64,000 nucleotides of DNA from Selaginella moellendorffii (lineage: Eukaryota; Plantae; Lycopodiophyta), in contig NW_003314324.1 in assembly GCF_000143415.4 (NCBI RefSeq), forward strand, positions 124,001 through 188,000, in the 5' to 3' direction. This document shows positions 49,571-62,500 of the stretch, one piece after another. Below the pieces are notes generated by a model. It did not search any database and was not told where the DNA came from. It saw only the letters and a list, made by a program, of their open reading frames with translations. The stretch's first letter is position 1; each line of letters starts with the position of its first letter. The translations under genes and the position numbers were made by a program.

Positions 49571-51081
49571 CCGAGTGGGTACACATTTGGGTGTAAAGGT
49601 TTCACATTTGTTCCTTAGGTATGGATTTTGGTTACCTTTTTGTACCATATTGAGTGAGCTTGCTCTTGGGCTCATAAGATGGACTGAGATGTTCCGTTTG
49701 CACAAGAAAACGAGCGCTTAGACATGAGCGCTTGGGCTCGTGAGTGAGGTGCATTAGCAACTCAAGGTTTCACTTTGAGTTGGCAGGATTAATATTAGCC
49801 TATCAGTGGTTCCATGAGTTATTCCATGTACCGTGGGTGAAAGTAAACCTTTTTTGGGTTTGCTATGAGTGGCAAATAGGCTAATCTATATCTGTTTAAC
49901 ATTGCACTAGTAGATCCTTCCTAAACATGATTACAAGTGGACCAATCAAGATTGTAGGGATTAGTCTATTAGTTCAAGTAGTCATTACTGTGCTCTCTCA
50001 TAAACTTTTCTTGGATGGGACTAAAGGCAATGCAAATGCAAGCTTGAGGTTTGGTCAAAGATGAAATTGAAAAGAGAGTTGTTAGAGATGAAGGATCAAA
50101 CATAAAATCATTTTCTCTTCTTGGAAAGATGATTTGCAATGAGGTGTTAACTCATTGCTCATGTTCATCTTATGCAATCAAGAGTCCCTATCTTGAATTA
50201 GGTATGATGGTTTTATTAATGATGAGTTATGGGATGGATAATGGTGAAGTGCTAAACCATTTTGTTTAGGCTTGCTATTGAAGACTTGGCTTATAATGCT
50301 CAATTCTTTTTGGGGAACCTTACTATTATTCCTTAAGTAGTTTGGTGTTGGATTAGTTTTGAGTTTGGTCGGAAAGAGAGTGGCATGAGCTTGTCAGTGT
50401 TGTGAACAAAAGTTAGTAGTGTTGGGTGTTGTAAATCTTTATTGGTGAAGTGTAACATTTATGTTGCATTTTGTCAAATTAAGTTAGCACTTGATACTCA
50501 CATAAAATTTTAAAGTAATAATGTGGGCTTGCTCATTGTGTTGTTCAATTAATGATTAAGTCATTGTGAACTTATATCATGTCCATGTGATAATGAGCAA
50601 TAAGTTTACGAAGTTGCTTGGTTATTCGATGATTAACCCCAAAGTGGTTGATGGTGAGATTAATCTACTTACATGTAGTAGCATTGTAGTAATTTTGACT
50701 AGATTCTCAATGATGATCCATTATGCTAAACTTAAGTTAGTACTTTGTTTCTTTGAGGGTTGCTTATTGAGGTGTTAGAAAAGGGTTGTAACATTCATTT
50801 GCTATAACTCGTCAGTTGATCCGTTGGCACTTGAAGTAGATTGTTGGATGGAAAAAATATGTAGCTAAAGCATTAATTTTGCTAGCACCTGTGCTAGTGG
50901 AGATGATATAGTTATGTCGAGTGATGAGGAATTTTCCTTAGATCTTGATTTTCTATGTCATTTTTTCTTATTGGATCTTGAAAGTGGTTGAAGAAGAGTG
51001 TTAGTGCAATGTGGATATCCAAAGAAATAGTTTTCGTGATCAAGCTTTAGATGTTCATTTTCCATTTTGCGGATGTCAATG

Positions 51082-54000
51082 TGTCGCGAATGTGACTTCA
51101 GGTATCGAAAGTTACCTGTCGGCTAGTCCTTTCGGATATTCTTACCTTACTGCCACGACGGCAGGAGGTCGGTATTGCTGGACCCTTTATCAGTCCCTCT
51201 TGTGCTAGTGGAGTTAACTGGGCATTTCGAGTGTACTTAGACCGAACGAGCATAAGGACGGAATTCCTGTGTTATTAGCTAAGCATACTTAGCCCGGTAA
51301 GGAGTTCCCGTCTCGTTTTGTCTTGCACTTGCTAGTGACAAGAACCCTCGCGACATTGAGCTTGGTCCCTCAATATCGCTAAATGATAGCTTACCGTGTC
51401 TGCCAAACACCCTCGCTATCATGCCCTTTGTGTTAGTCTCATTTCGGTCCCAAATGCTATTTATGGAAAGTGTCCAGATTTGTTCATTTGGCATATCTAC
51501 GGAATGTAGAGATCGGCCTGAACACAATGGTGTTCGTCCCGTGTCCAAATTCGCAATCTAAGGACATTCCATATTTAGTAAGTTTCGAGCTTGTCCTAGA
51601 GACTAACTCCTGATACTAAGGGAGGCTTGGGGTGAAAGCCCAAAGCGTGTGTTCCTCAAGGGGGGGGGGGCTATGGGGGGTTCCAAATGTATAGTAGGGA
51701 TAGTGGGTAGGTCGGGCATGGCCGACCAACCTGAGGCATAGTCTAGCTCCCGCTTGCGTGCCTGTCCTTGTTCTGCGTCCGGCTTGGGTCTAAGCCCAAG
51801 TTCCATTCCATGCTAGCTGGTGGAGTACCCATATTCTCACGTTAGGCCACCGGTATGCCGAAATAGCGCCAGACTCCGTTTGGCTCCATTTTGCGTGCTG
51901 GTCCTGGCATTGGGATGCTGGTTGCTCTAGGACTGTTCCAAGTTGCTCCGGGCCCCTGTCCCTTCGCTCCTTGGGCTATATGCTCGGGAGTTGCTCTGTG
52001 GTCCGGTTCCATCACTCCTTGGCATCACGCTTGGGAGTTTGGCACCGTTCCTTCGTTCAGTGGCCCAAGGCCCTGAACCTCAGGTTCCTGTGGACACGTG
52101 GCATGGACACGTGGCATGTGACACGTGGCATCTGTCACGTGGCACAAAGAGGGTTTAGGTTCCGCTTCGTGGTGTTATCCTATGGTAAATCACCATAGGA
52201 TAAAGGGTCAAAACCACGTGCGCTACATTTGGTATCAGAGAATGAGTCTCAGCGAGTACTATTCAATGAGATTGGGCAACTAGTCTCGTTGCATACGCAG
52301 AGATGAAAACGATGATCCGAGTGGGTACACGTTTGGGTGCTAAGACTTCGCATTCGTTCCTTGGGATAGGTTTTAGTTACCTTTTTGTTCCATATTATGT
52401 GAGCTTGCTCTTGGGCTCATAGGGTGGACTGAGTTGTTCCGGTTGCACGAGTTTGCGCTTGGGCTCGTGAGTGAGGCACATTAGCAACTCAAGGTTACAC
52501 TTTGAGTTGGCAGGATTAATGTTAGCCTATCGGTGGATCCATGAGTTGTTCCATGTACCATGGGTGAACGCAAACCTCCCTGGGTTTGCTAAGAGTGGCA
52601 AATAGGCTGGTCCGTAGCTGTTTAGCACGGCACTAGTGGATCCTTCCTAGGCATGATTATAAGTGGATCAATCAAGACTATAGGGATTAGTCTATTGGTT
52701 CAAGTAATCATTGCCGTGCTCTCTCAGAAACTTTTCTTCGATTGAACTGAAGGCAGTGTGAAAGCAAGCTTGAGGTTTAGTCAAGATGAGGCCGGAAAGA
52801 GAGTCGTCAGGGACGAAGGATCAAATACGTAAATCATTTTCTCTTCTTGGAGAGATGATCTGCAACAAGGTGTTAACTCATTGCTTGTGTTCACATCGTG
52901 CAATCAAGAGTCCCTATCTTGATGCATGTTGGAGATGGTGGTCTTACAATGGTGAGTTATGGGATGGATAGTGGTGAAACACTAAACCATTTTGTCTAGG
53001 CTCGCTATTGGAAGACTTGAGTTGCAATGCTCAATTCTTTTCCGGGGAACCTTGCTATTGCTCCTTGAGTAGCTTGGTGTTGGATTAGTGTTGAGTTTGG
53101 TCGGAAAGAGAGTGGCATGAGCTTGTCCGTGTTGTGAACAAAAGTTAGTGGTGTTGGGTGTCGTAAACCTCTATTGGTGGAGTGTGGCATTTATGTTGCA
53201 TTTTGTCGAATCGAGTTGGCATTTGATATTCACATGAACGTTTGAAGTAATGACATAAGCCTTGCTCATTGCATTACTCAATTGATGATCAAGTCATTGT
53301 GATTTATATCATATCCATGTGATAATGAGCAATGTTTTTACGAAGTTGCTTGGATAAATGATGATCAACCCCAAAGTGGTTGATGGAGAAGCTAGTCTAC
53401 TTGCACGAAGTAGCATTGTAGTAGCTTTGACTGGATTCTCAATGGTGGTCCATTATGCTAAGTTTAAGTTGGTACCTTGTTTCCTTGAGGGTTTGCCCAT
53501 AAGGTGTTAGGAATGGGTTGTAGCATTCATTTGCTATAGCTCATCTGTTGATCTGTTAGCACTTGGAGTAGATTATTAGATGGAGAAGGTGTGAGGTTGA
53601 TGCATTGACATCGCTAGCATTTGTGTTAGTGGAAGTGGCATTGTTGATTCGAGTGATGAGGAATTTTCCTTAGAGCTTGATTTTCCATGTCATTTTTCTT
53701 GTTAGTGTTTTGGCTTCACATTGGATCTTGAAGGTGGTTGAAGAAGAGTGTTAGTGCAATGTGGATATCCGATGATGTGGTCTTTGTGATCAAGCCTTGG
53801 ATGCTCATTTTGCACTTTGCGGATGTCAGTGTTGGATATTGGAACAATGGGCAAAGATGTTCAATGCTTAAGCATATTATGGGTCATGAGAATTTGTGTT
53901 GAGGTGAATCTATGTGAAGTTGTTTGTAGGAAGAAGTTGTTTGAGTCGTGAAAGTTTGCATTCCTGGACTGAGAGTCATTCTTTCTCTAGGATGGAAAGT

Positions 54001-57000
54001 TTTCCACAAATTTTCTTAGGCTTTTTCAATGGCTGATCTATCGGTCACTTTGCTCGAAAACCATTCCGTTTTCGTAAGCCAGTACAAACTAGTGAAGGGG
54101 TTGAGTTGACTTCAGTTAACTTAGACCTTGATAGGTAGTTTGTATAATGCGGCCCGAAAGGGATGCTGACTTTTGAGGCTAAAACAATTGAGTTGGATAG
54201 AGTCTAGAGTTGATATCGAAAAGTGGCCGTTGCACTTTTCTCAGAAGGGTGACTCTTGTGCCTTTCTTTTGTAGCATTATGCTCGGTGGCAGGTTGCACC
54301 TTGCATTTTGTTTAGACTCTATGAGAGTAGTGAGCTCTCACTGATCTTGACTTGGTCTTGGTGGCTGCACCTTGGCTGAGGATGGTGATGTCCAACTTAG
54401 TTGTTTGAGGTTGAGATGTTGGTACCCGTACTATAGCTTTGTCTATGAGGAGGTTGTGTACCGATATGAGTCCATCTCATGGTCTTCACTTTAGTTTTGA
54501 CTGAGTGTTGATCACATAGCTAGCCTCTTCAAGGCATGCTCAGAGCTATTGACTAAATGCATTAGTGAGCTTATTGCGGTTGAATTGGATTCGAGTGGTC
54601 ATTTAGTTTGTACTTATCTATGAACTTTTATCTCGTACATGGGGTATTATGTTCATGTTGGACAAGTATGTAACTCGATGACATGAGTTGGTGTTTGGGT
54701 CTTGTGAAGGCAAGTTGAGGAGTGATTGTTAGTTGCTTTGTGACTAGTGATTACTTGTAGACTTCATCAAGGACCGTTGACACTTGCTTTGCTCAATGAT
54801 GATTTAGCAGTGATGGGCTTGCTTTACCGGATGGTGTTGCGGAGGATCGTGTCGTTAGACTTGCATAGGTTTTCTATGTTAGTATATCGATTCTATCTCT
54901 GTCGATATCATTTGGTTACGTTTAGTCCGTGGTGTTGGATTTCATTGAGTCTTGGATGTGGTGATTCACTCTTTGATGAAATGTTATCTGTAACTGAGTA
55001 TTGTTGAAGGATTGGTCTCGGATACTAAGTATAGTATCTTCGACTTTGGTTAGCTTGGTTGCTGGAAAGCTCCGAGTGGTGATTCACTCGTGCTTTCTTC
55101 TAGCTTTGTCCTGATGTTGATGGCATTGAAGTGATGCCTTGTCATTGATATTGTTGATATTGAGATCTGAGTGAAATGAGATATCCTTCCAAGGATTGAT
55201 ATGGAGTTTCATTAATCTTAATGAAGATAGTGTTGATGATTTGGATATGGCTTTATGTTGTTGGCATTTGTGCATTTTGCTAGTTAACAACTCTGTTGAC
55301 GTTCAAATGAACTGAGTGGCAAGTTGAGTTAGTTGTGCTTTAGACGAGATTATTTAGTAGGGGTTGAGCTTTGAGCTTTTCCTTGAAAAGTGATTTAGTC
55401 ATGGACTATGCTAACTCTACAAGTGGGAGAGTTAGTGATCGATGTTGGAATATTTTGAATCCTTATGGGATTTTAGTTGAAATATATCAATCATTGATGA
55501 TTCTTCTTGTGCTTGCTATGAAGTGAGTTACGTCTTGCTATAGATGGATTCATGGAAGATCATTTAGTGATCACTTGTTGAGCATAGCTCCATTGTGCTT
55601 AGCTTTTGGATTGATGCAGAAATGCTCTTCATTAGCTTTAGCATTATGAAGTTTGGCTTATGGATGTGTTGAGGAAGATATTATGAGTTGCATCACGATT
55701 TCTTCTTTCACATTGAAGTTAGCTTTTATGAGACTTGTGATCATTATTAGGCAAGACTTGGCTATAGGCTTCTTCGAGCTTTGGTTCTTTGAGTTTTATG
55801 CTCATTGTTCCATTTGTTAGAAGTTGTTGGGGAAGGCATTTTGGCTCATTAGCTTCGATGTTGAAGTTTGCTTTTGCATCTAGCAATCATTGGTGATAAT
55901 TGACTATCATCTAAGATAGTTGATTATCCTTGTCAAGGGTTTTGCTTGATTATTGTTGGTATAGAATGATTTGCTGTTCTTCGGGATAGTCGATTCTTTC
56001 TTCGATGATGATTATGCATTTCTCTATTGATAGGATGATTGATGATCTTTTATGGTGGTTAGTTGTTCTCTTTGATGGCTTGTGGCTTTTCGCAATATCA
56101 CATGTTCTTTGTGATTTGCTCTGGATTGGTCTCTTGGGTTTGAGACATCAGTAGGATGTTGCTAACACTTGCTTAGGCAACTTGAGTTCCTTGGTATTGT
56201 TGGCTGGGATCTATTCAGATTGGCTTTTGTGATAGTTAGCAGGCATGAGTGTTTGTTGGTCTTCCCACATTCATTCTCTTCTGTTGATTATTGCTCGAGT
56301 TAGTTTTGATAGATTTGGATGTTATTTCCTTTGGGTGATACATTCGTGAGCATTATGCTTGTTAGTCAATGATACTTTGAGTTCTCTCTAGTAAGTTGTT
56401 GGCTTACTGTCTGCTATCTTCGGTAGTTCAGTTTTATCATTGCATTTACTTGATGATATACTTGCTATTGAATTTTGTTGGATGGTGCATCCTATGTTTT
56501 CTAATGATAGTGATCTTGGTGGTTCCTATACTGTAATACTAGTTTATCGGATGATAACTTACTTGGAATACTTTTGTGTTCTAATCTAAGCTTTATTCCC
56601 TGATAATTAAATCTCTAAACTATCATTGTCTATGACTTTGATATTGTCCATCTATTGATCTTTGAGTTTGGGCCAGTAATGGGCAGACTGGCTTCGGCAC
56701 TTCGTGTGCATGGTGAAATCTCTAGTCATGGGGTAGCTCGTGTCGANNNNNNNNNNNNNNNNNNNNNNNNNNNNNNNNNNNNNNNNNNNNNNNNNNNNNN
56801 NNNNNNNNNNNNNNNNNNNNNNNNNNNNNNNNNNNNNNNNNNNNNNTGACTGTGCTAGTGGAGATGATATAGTTATGTCGAGTGATGAGGAATTTTCCTT
56901 AGATCTTGATTTTCTATGTCATTTTTTCTTATTGGATCTTGAAAGTGGTTGAAGAAGAGTGTTAGTGCAATGTGGATATCCAAAGAAATAGTTTTCGTGA

Positions 57001-58189
57001 TCAAGCTTTAGATGTTCATTTTCCATTTTGCGGATGTCAATGTGTCGCGAATGTGACTTCAGGTATCGAAAGTTACCTGTCGGCTAGTCCTTTCGGATAT
57101 TCTTACCTTACTGCCACGACGGCAGGAGGTCGGTATTGCTGGACCCTTTATCAGTCCCTCTTGTGCTAGTGGAGTTAACTGGGCATTTCGAGTGTACTTA
57201 GACCGGACGAGCATAAGGACGGAATTCCTACGTGTTATTAGCTAAGCATACTTAGCCCGGTAAGGAGTTCCCGTCTCGTTTTGTCTTGCACTTGCTAGTG
57301 ACAAGAACCCTCGCGACATTGAGCTTGGTCCCTCAATATCGCTAAATGATAGCTTACCGTGTCTGCCAAACACCCTCGCTATCATGCCCTTTGTGTTAGT
57401 CTCATTTCGGTCCCAAATGCTATTTATGGAAAGTGTCCAGATTTGTTCATTTGGCATATCTACGGAATGTAGAGATCGGCCTGAACACAATGGTGTTCGT
57501 CCCGTGTCCAAATTCGCAATCTAAGGACATTCCATATTTAGTAAGTTTCGAGCTTGTCCTAGAGACTAACTCCTGATACTAAGGGAGGCTTGGGGTGAAA
57601 GCCCAAAGCGTGTGTTCCTCAAGGGGGGGGGGCTATGGGGGGTTCCAAATGTATAGTAGGGATAGTGGGTAGGTCGGGCATGGCCGACCAACCTGAGGCA
57701 TAGTCTAGCTCCCGCTTGCGTGCCTGTCCTTGTTCTGCGTCCGGCTTGGGTCTAAGCCCAAGTTCCATTCCATGCTAGCTGGTGGAGTACCCATATTCTC
57801 ACGTTAGGCCACCGGTATGCCGAAATAGCGCCAGACTCCGTTTGGCTCCATTTTGCGTGCTGGTCCTGGCATTGGGATGCTGGTTGCTCTAGGACTGTTC
57901 CAAGTCGCTCCGGGCCCCTGTCCCTTCGCTCCTTGGGCTATATGCTCGGGAGTTGCTCCGTGGTCCGGTTCCATCACTCCTTGGCATCACGCTTGGGAGT
58001 TTGGCACCGTTCCTTCGTTCAGTGGCCCAAGGCCCTGAACCTCGGGTTCCTGTGGACACGTGGCATGGACACGTGGCATGTGACACGTGGCATCTGTCAC
58101 GTGGCACAAAGAGGGTTTAGGTTCCGCTTCGTGGTGTTATCCTATGGTAAATCACCATAGGATAAAGGGTCAAAACCACGTGCGCTACA
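51082..58189 (+). mobile_element. Young family A copy A2 nested in A3 (LTRs 51082-52227 and 57043-58189); assembly ambiguous at the gap
   Basis: Near-identical LTRs, PBS at 52228, TSD CAATG (51077-51081 / 58190-58194). The left flank reappears after the N-gap. Confidence 0.85.
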
Positions 58190-58657
58190 CAATGTTAGAT
58201 GTCAAAAATATAGGCAAAGATGTTTGATGCTTAAGCATGTTATTGAGTCATGAGAATTTGTGTTGAGGTGAATCTATGTAAAGTTGATGGTAAGAGGAAG
58301 TTGATTGAGTCTTGAAAGTTTGCATTCCTAGACTAAGAGTCATTCTTTCTCTAGGATAGAAAATTTTCCACAAATTTTTTTAGACTTTTCCAATGGTTGA
58401 TTTGTTGATCATTTTGCTCAAAAACCATTCCATTTTCGTAAGTTAGTACAAACTAATGAAGGGGTTAGAGTTTATTTCAGTTAGTTTAGACATTAGTAAG
58501 TAATTTGTATGATGCACCCAAAAGGGATGATAACTTTTGGGGCTAAGGCCATTGAATTGGATAAAGTCTAGAGTTAATGTAGAAAAGTGGTTGTTGTGCT
58601 TTTTTTAGAAAGGTGACCCTTATACATTTCTTCTGTAGTATTGTGCTTGGTGGTAGG

Positions 58658-59504
58658 TGTAAGCAACTAAAGAGAACAACTTGATAGACGATCCATGGGG
58701 TTCAAATATAAAGGGAAAGGGCCCATAAATAAGAGTGCACCCCTTTTTCCAATCGGTTAAGGGTCTTAGGATATTTGGGGTTAAGTATCCTTAGGTTGGA
58801 ATAGTACGACCTCCTAGGAAGTCCAAATTCAGGAGCTTACATTTGGTATCGAAGCAGGTCTCAGATTTAACTCTGTTGGTTGGCTAGGGGAATTACACCA
58901 CATATTGATTGACATTTGGCTGGTCCAGTGGGCTCCCACTGGGCTCGACCCAAGGAGTCCGGTGCGAGAAAATAAGACGAGAAGTGAAATTTGGCTAGTC
59001 TAGTGGGCTCCCACTGGGCTCGACCCAAGGAGTCTGGCGCGAGCAAATAAGACGAGAAGTGAAATGAATTCCTCTACTCCACCGTTGCTCAGGGTTCCTC
59101 CAACAGCTAAGCAAGATCAACATTCCCATGCACTGCATCCCTGCGAGTTGGTCTCATGATCTTATCATTGGAGGACTTCCAAGCCTGTCGGGTATGTATC
59201 ACTGTTTTTGTTTTAGCTTTGTAAATGTCCAATTTGCTCCCACTGGGCTCGACTTGAGGGGTAGGGTGTCAAGAGAGTGGGGTTCTTAGGAGGGCGTGAA
59301 CTTGCAAAGAAGCGTGGTGGATTGTAAGCAACTAAAGAGAACGACTTGAAAGATGGTCCATAGGGTTTAAATATAGAGGGAAAGGGCTTATGAATAAGAG
59401 TGCACCCCCTTTTTCAATCGGTTAAAGGTCTTGGGATATTTGGGGTTAAGTGTCCTTGGGTTTGAATAGTACTGGGCCGAGAAGTCCAAACTTAGGAGCT
59501 TATA
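58658..59504 (+). mobile_element. Cassandra-like TRIM with enlarged interior (LTRs 58658-58841 and 59323-59504)
   Basis: TSD GTAGG, PBS TTTGGTATCGAAGC, PPT-like GCGTGGTGGAT, and a 5S-like core in each LTR. Confidence 0.9.
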
Positions 59505-62500
59505 GTAGGTTGCACCTTGCATTTTGTTAAACTCTATAAGAGTAGTGAGCTCTCATTGATCTTAATTTGGCCTTGGTGGACCTGTGCCTTGGCTGAAGAT
59601 AGTGATGTCCAACTTAATTGTTTGCAGTTGAAATGTTGGTACCTATATTATAGCTTTGTTTATAAGGAGGTTGTGTACCAATATAAGTCTATCTCATGGT
59701 GTTCACTTTAATTTCGGCTAAGTGTTGATCATGTATAACTAGCCTCTTCAAGGCATGCTTAGAGCTATTCGTTAAACGCATTAGTAAGCTTATTGTGGTT
59801 GATGGATTCAAGTGGTCATTTAGTTTATACTTGTCCATGAACCTTTATCTTGTACCTGGGGTATTACGTTCATGTTGGCCAAGTAAATGACTCGATGGGG
59901 TCTTGTGAAGGCAAGTTGAGAAGTGATTGTTAGTTGCTTTGCAACTAATAATTACTTGTAGATTTTTTTAGAAACTATTGACACTTGCTTCGCTCAATGA
60001 TGATTTAGTAGTCATAAGCTTGTTTTACCAGATGGTGTTGCAAAGGATTGTATTGTTAGACTTACATGGTTTTTCCATGTTGGCATGTCGATTCCATCTT
60101 TATTGATATCATTCGTTACATTTAGTCCATAGTGTTGGATTACATTGAGTCTTGGACGTGGTGAATCACACATTGATGATGTGTTATTTGTAACTGAGTG
60201 TTGCTAGAGGATTAGTCTCGGATACTAAATATAATATTTTCGACTTTGGTTAGCTTGGTTGCTAAAGAGTTTTGAGTAGTGATTCACTCTCATTTTCTTT
60301 TAGCTTTGTTCTGGTGTTGATGGCATTGAAGTGATACTCTGTTGTTGACATTGTTGATATTGAGACTCAAGTGAAATGAGATGTCCTTCTATAGGATTGA
60401 TATTGAATTTCATTAGCCTTGACGAAGATAGTGTTAATGATTTGGCTATGACTTTGTGTTATTGGCATTCATACATTTGCTAGCTAACAATTGTATTGAC
60501 GCTCAAATAAACTGAGTGGCAAGTTAAGTGAATTGTGTTTTAGATGAGATTGTTTAGTAAGGGTTGAGCTTTGGCTTGTCCTTGAAAAGTGATTTAATCA
60601 TGGACTATGCTAACTTTATGAGAGGAGAAGTTAATGATTAATATTGAAATATTTGAGTCCTTGTTGGATTTGAGTTGAAATATATTAATCATTAATAATT
60701 CTTCTTGTGCTTGTTATGAAGTGAGTTATGTCTTACTATAAAAAATGGATTCATGGAGGATCATTTGGTGATCACTTGTTGAGCTTAGCTTCAAAATTCT
60801 TGGTTTTTAAATTGATGTAGACATGTTCTTCATTAGTTTTCGGATTATAAAGTTTGGTTTATAGATGTGTTGAGAAGGATATTATGAGTTATACCATGAT
60901 TTCTCTTTAATCATTTTTAGGCAAGACTTGGCTATAGGCTTCTTTAAGCTTGAGTTTTTGTGCTCATTGTTCCATTTGTTAAAAATTGTTAGGAAAAGTT
61001 AGGTTTGAAATACTGGTAGGATGTTACTAACGCTTGCTTAAGCAACTCTGGTTCCTTAGTATTATTGACTAAGATCTATTCAAATTGATTAATATGATAG
61101 TTGGCATAAATGAGTGTTTGTTAGTCTTACCATATTCATTCTATTCTGTTGATTGTTGCTTGAGTTAGATTTGTTAGATTCGGATGTTATTTCTTTTTGG
61201 TAATACATTCACAAGCATTTTGCCTGCCAGTTGATGATAATTTATGTTCTTTGAGTTATCTTTGGTAAGTTGTTTGGCATACTATCTATAATTTTTGGTA
61301 ATTAATCTTTATCATTATATTTTCTCGATGGTACACTTGCTATTGAATATTGTTCGATGGTGAATCCTATGTTTTCCAACTATAGTGATCTTGGTGGATC
61401 CTATATACTATAATTCTAGTTTATCGGATGATAACTTATTTGGAATACTTTTATGTTCTAATCTAAGAATTATTCATTGATAATTAAGTCTCTAAGATAT
61501 CATTTTGTATGACTTTGATATTGTCCATCTATTGATCTTTGAGTTTGGGCCAGTATAGGCAAATTGGCTTTGGCACTTCATGTGCATGGTGAAATCTTTA
61601 GTTATGGGGTAGCTACTGTCGACTGGTCACATCACCTACCTTTTTGTCGATGTTCCTTATTCTGTTAAAAGAGCGTAACTATGTAAACAACTCTAACTGC
61701 CTATTTATAGTAGTCTATCTAAACCTTATTGATAGGTTTGGTTTCTTTGCTTATGAGGGTTAGGGCCTCTAGCTTCTCTCTCTATGTCCCTACATGTAGG
61801 GGGTATCACACTTTTGTAAGTTAGGTGACACCCATAGTAGAAAGGGTGGTTAACTCCATTGGTCATTTCCTTGTTGACGACGGTCGGAAGGTGTTTGAGT
61901 TGATAGTACATCCACATTAAATAAAGAGGTTCCCCTAACTCATTTAAGTTAGTATATTTCTTATATAGTGTGATTATTGTGAACTTTTTCTAAAGTTATT
62001 TCCTTGCCGGTGGTCTAGACTCGAGTATGCATTGACAAAGATGTCGATCTTCCCTAAAGGGGGGAGAGTGTCGTGAATATGACTTCGGGTATCAAAAGTT
62101 ACCTGTCAATTGTCCTTTTAAATATTTTTTCCTTACTACCACGACGGCAGGAGGTCAGTATTGCTAGACTTTTTATTAGTCTCCATCTAAGCTAGTTGAG
62201 AAACTAGTCATCATATGTGCACTTAGATTGGAAGGGCACTAAGGAAAGAAATCTTAAATTATCATTTGTTAAGCAAACTTAACATAGTGATGAGAAATTT
62301 ATGATGTTGATTTGCACTTGCTAGTGTTGGGAACCCTTATGATATTAAGTTTAGTCCCTCAATATTGCTATATGATAGCTTACCGTGTCTATCACTATCA
62401 TATCCTTTGTGTTAGTCTCAATTCGATCCCAAATGTTATTTATAGAAAATGTCTAAATTTGCTTATTTGGCATATCTATGGAATGTAGAGATTGTCTTGA

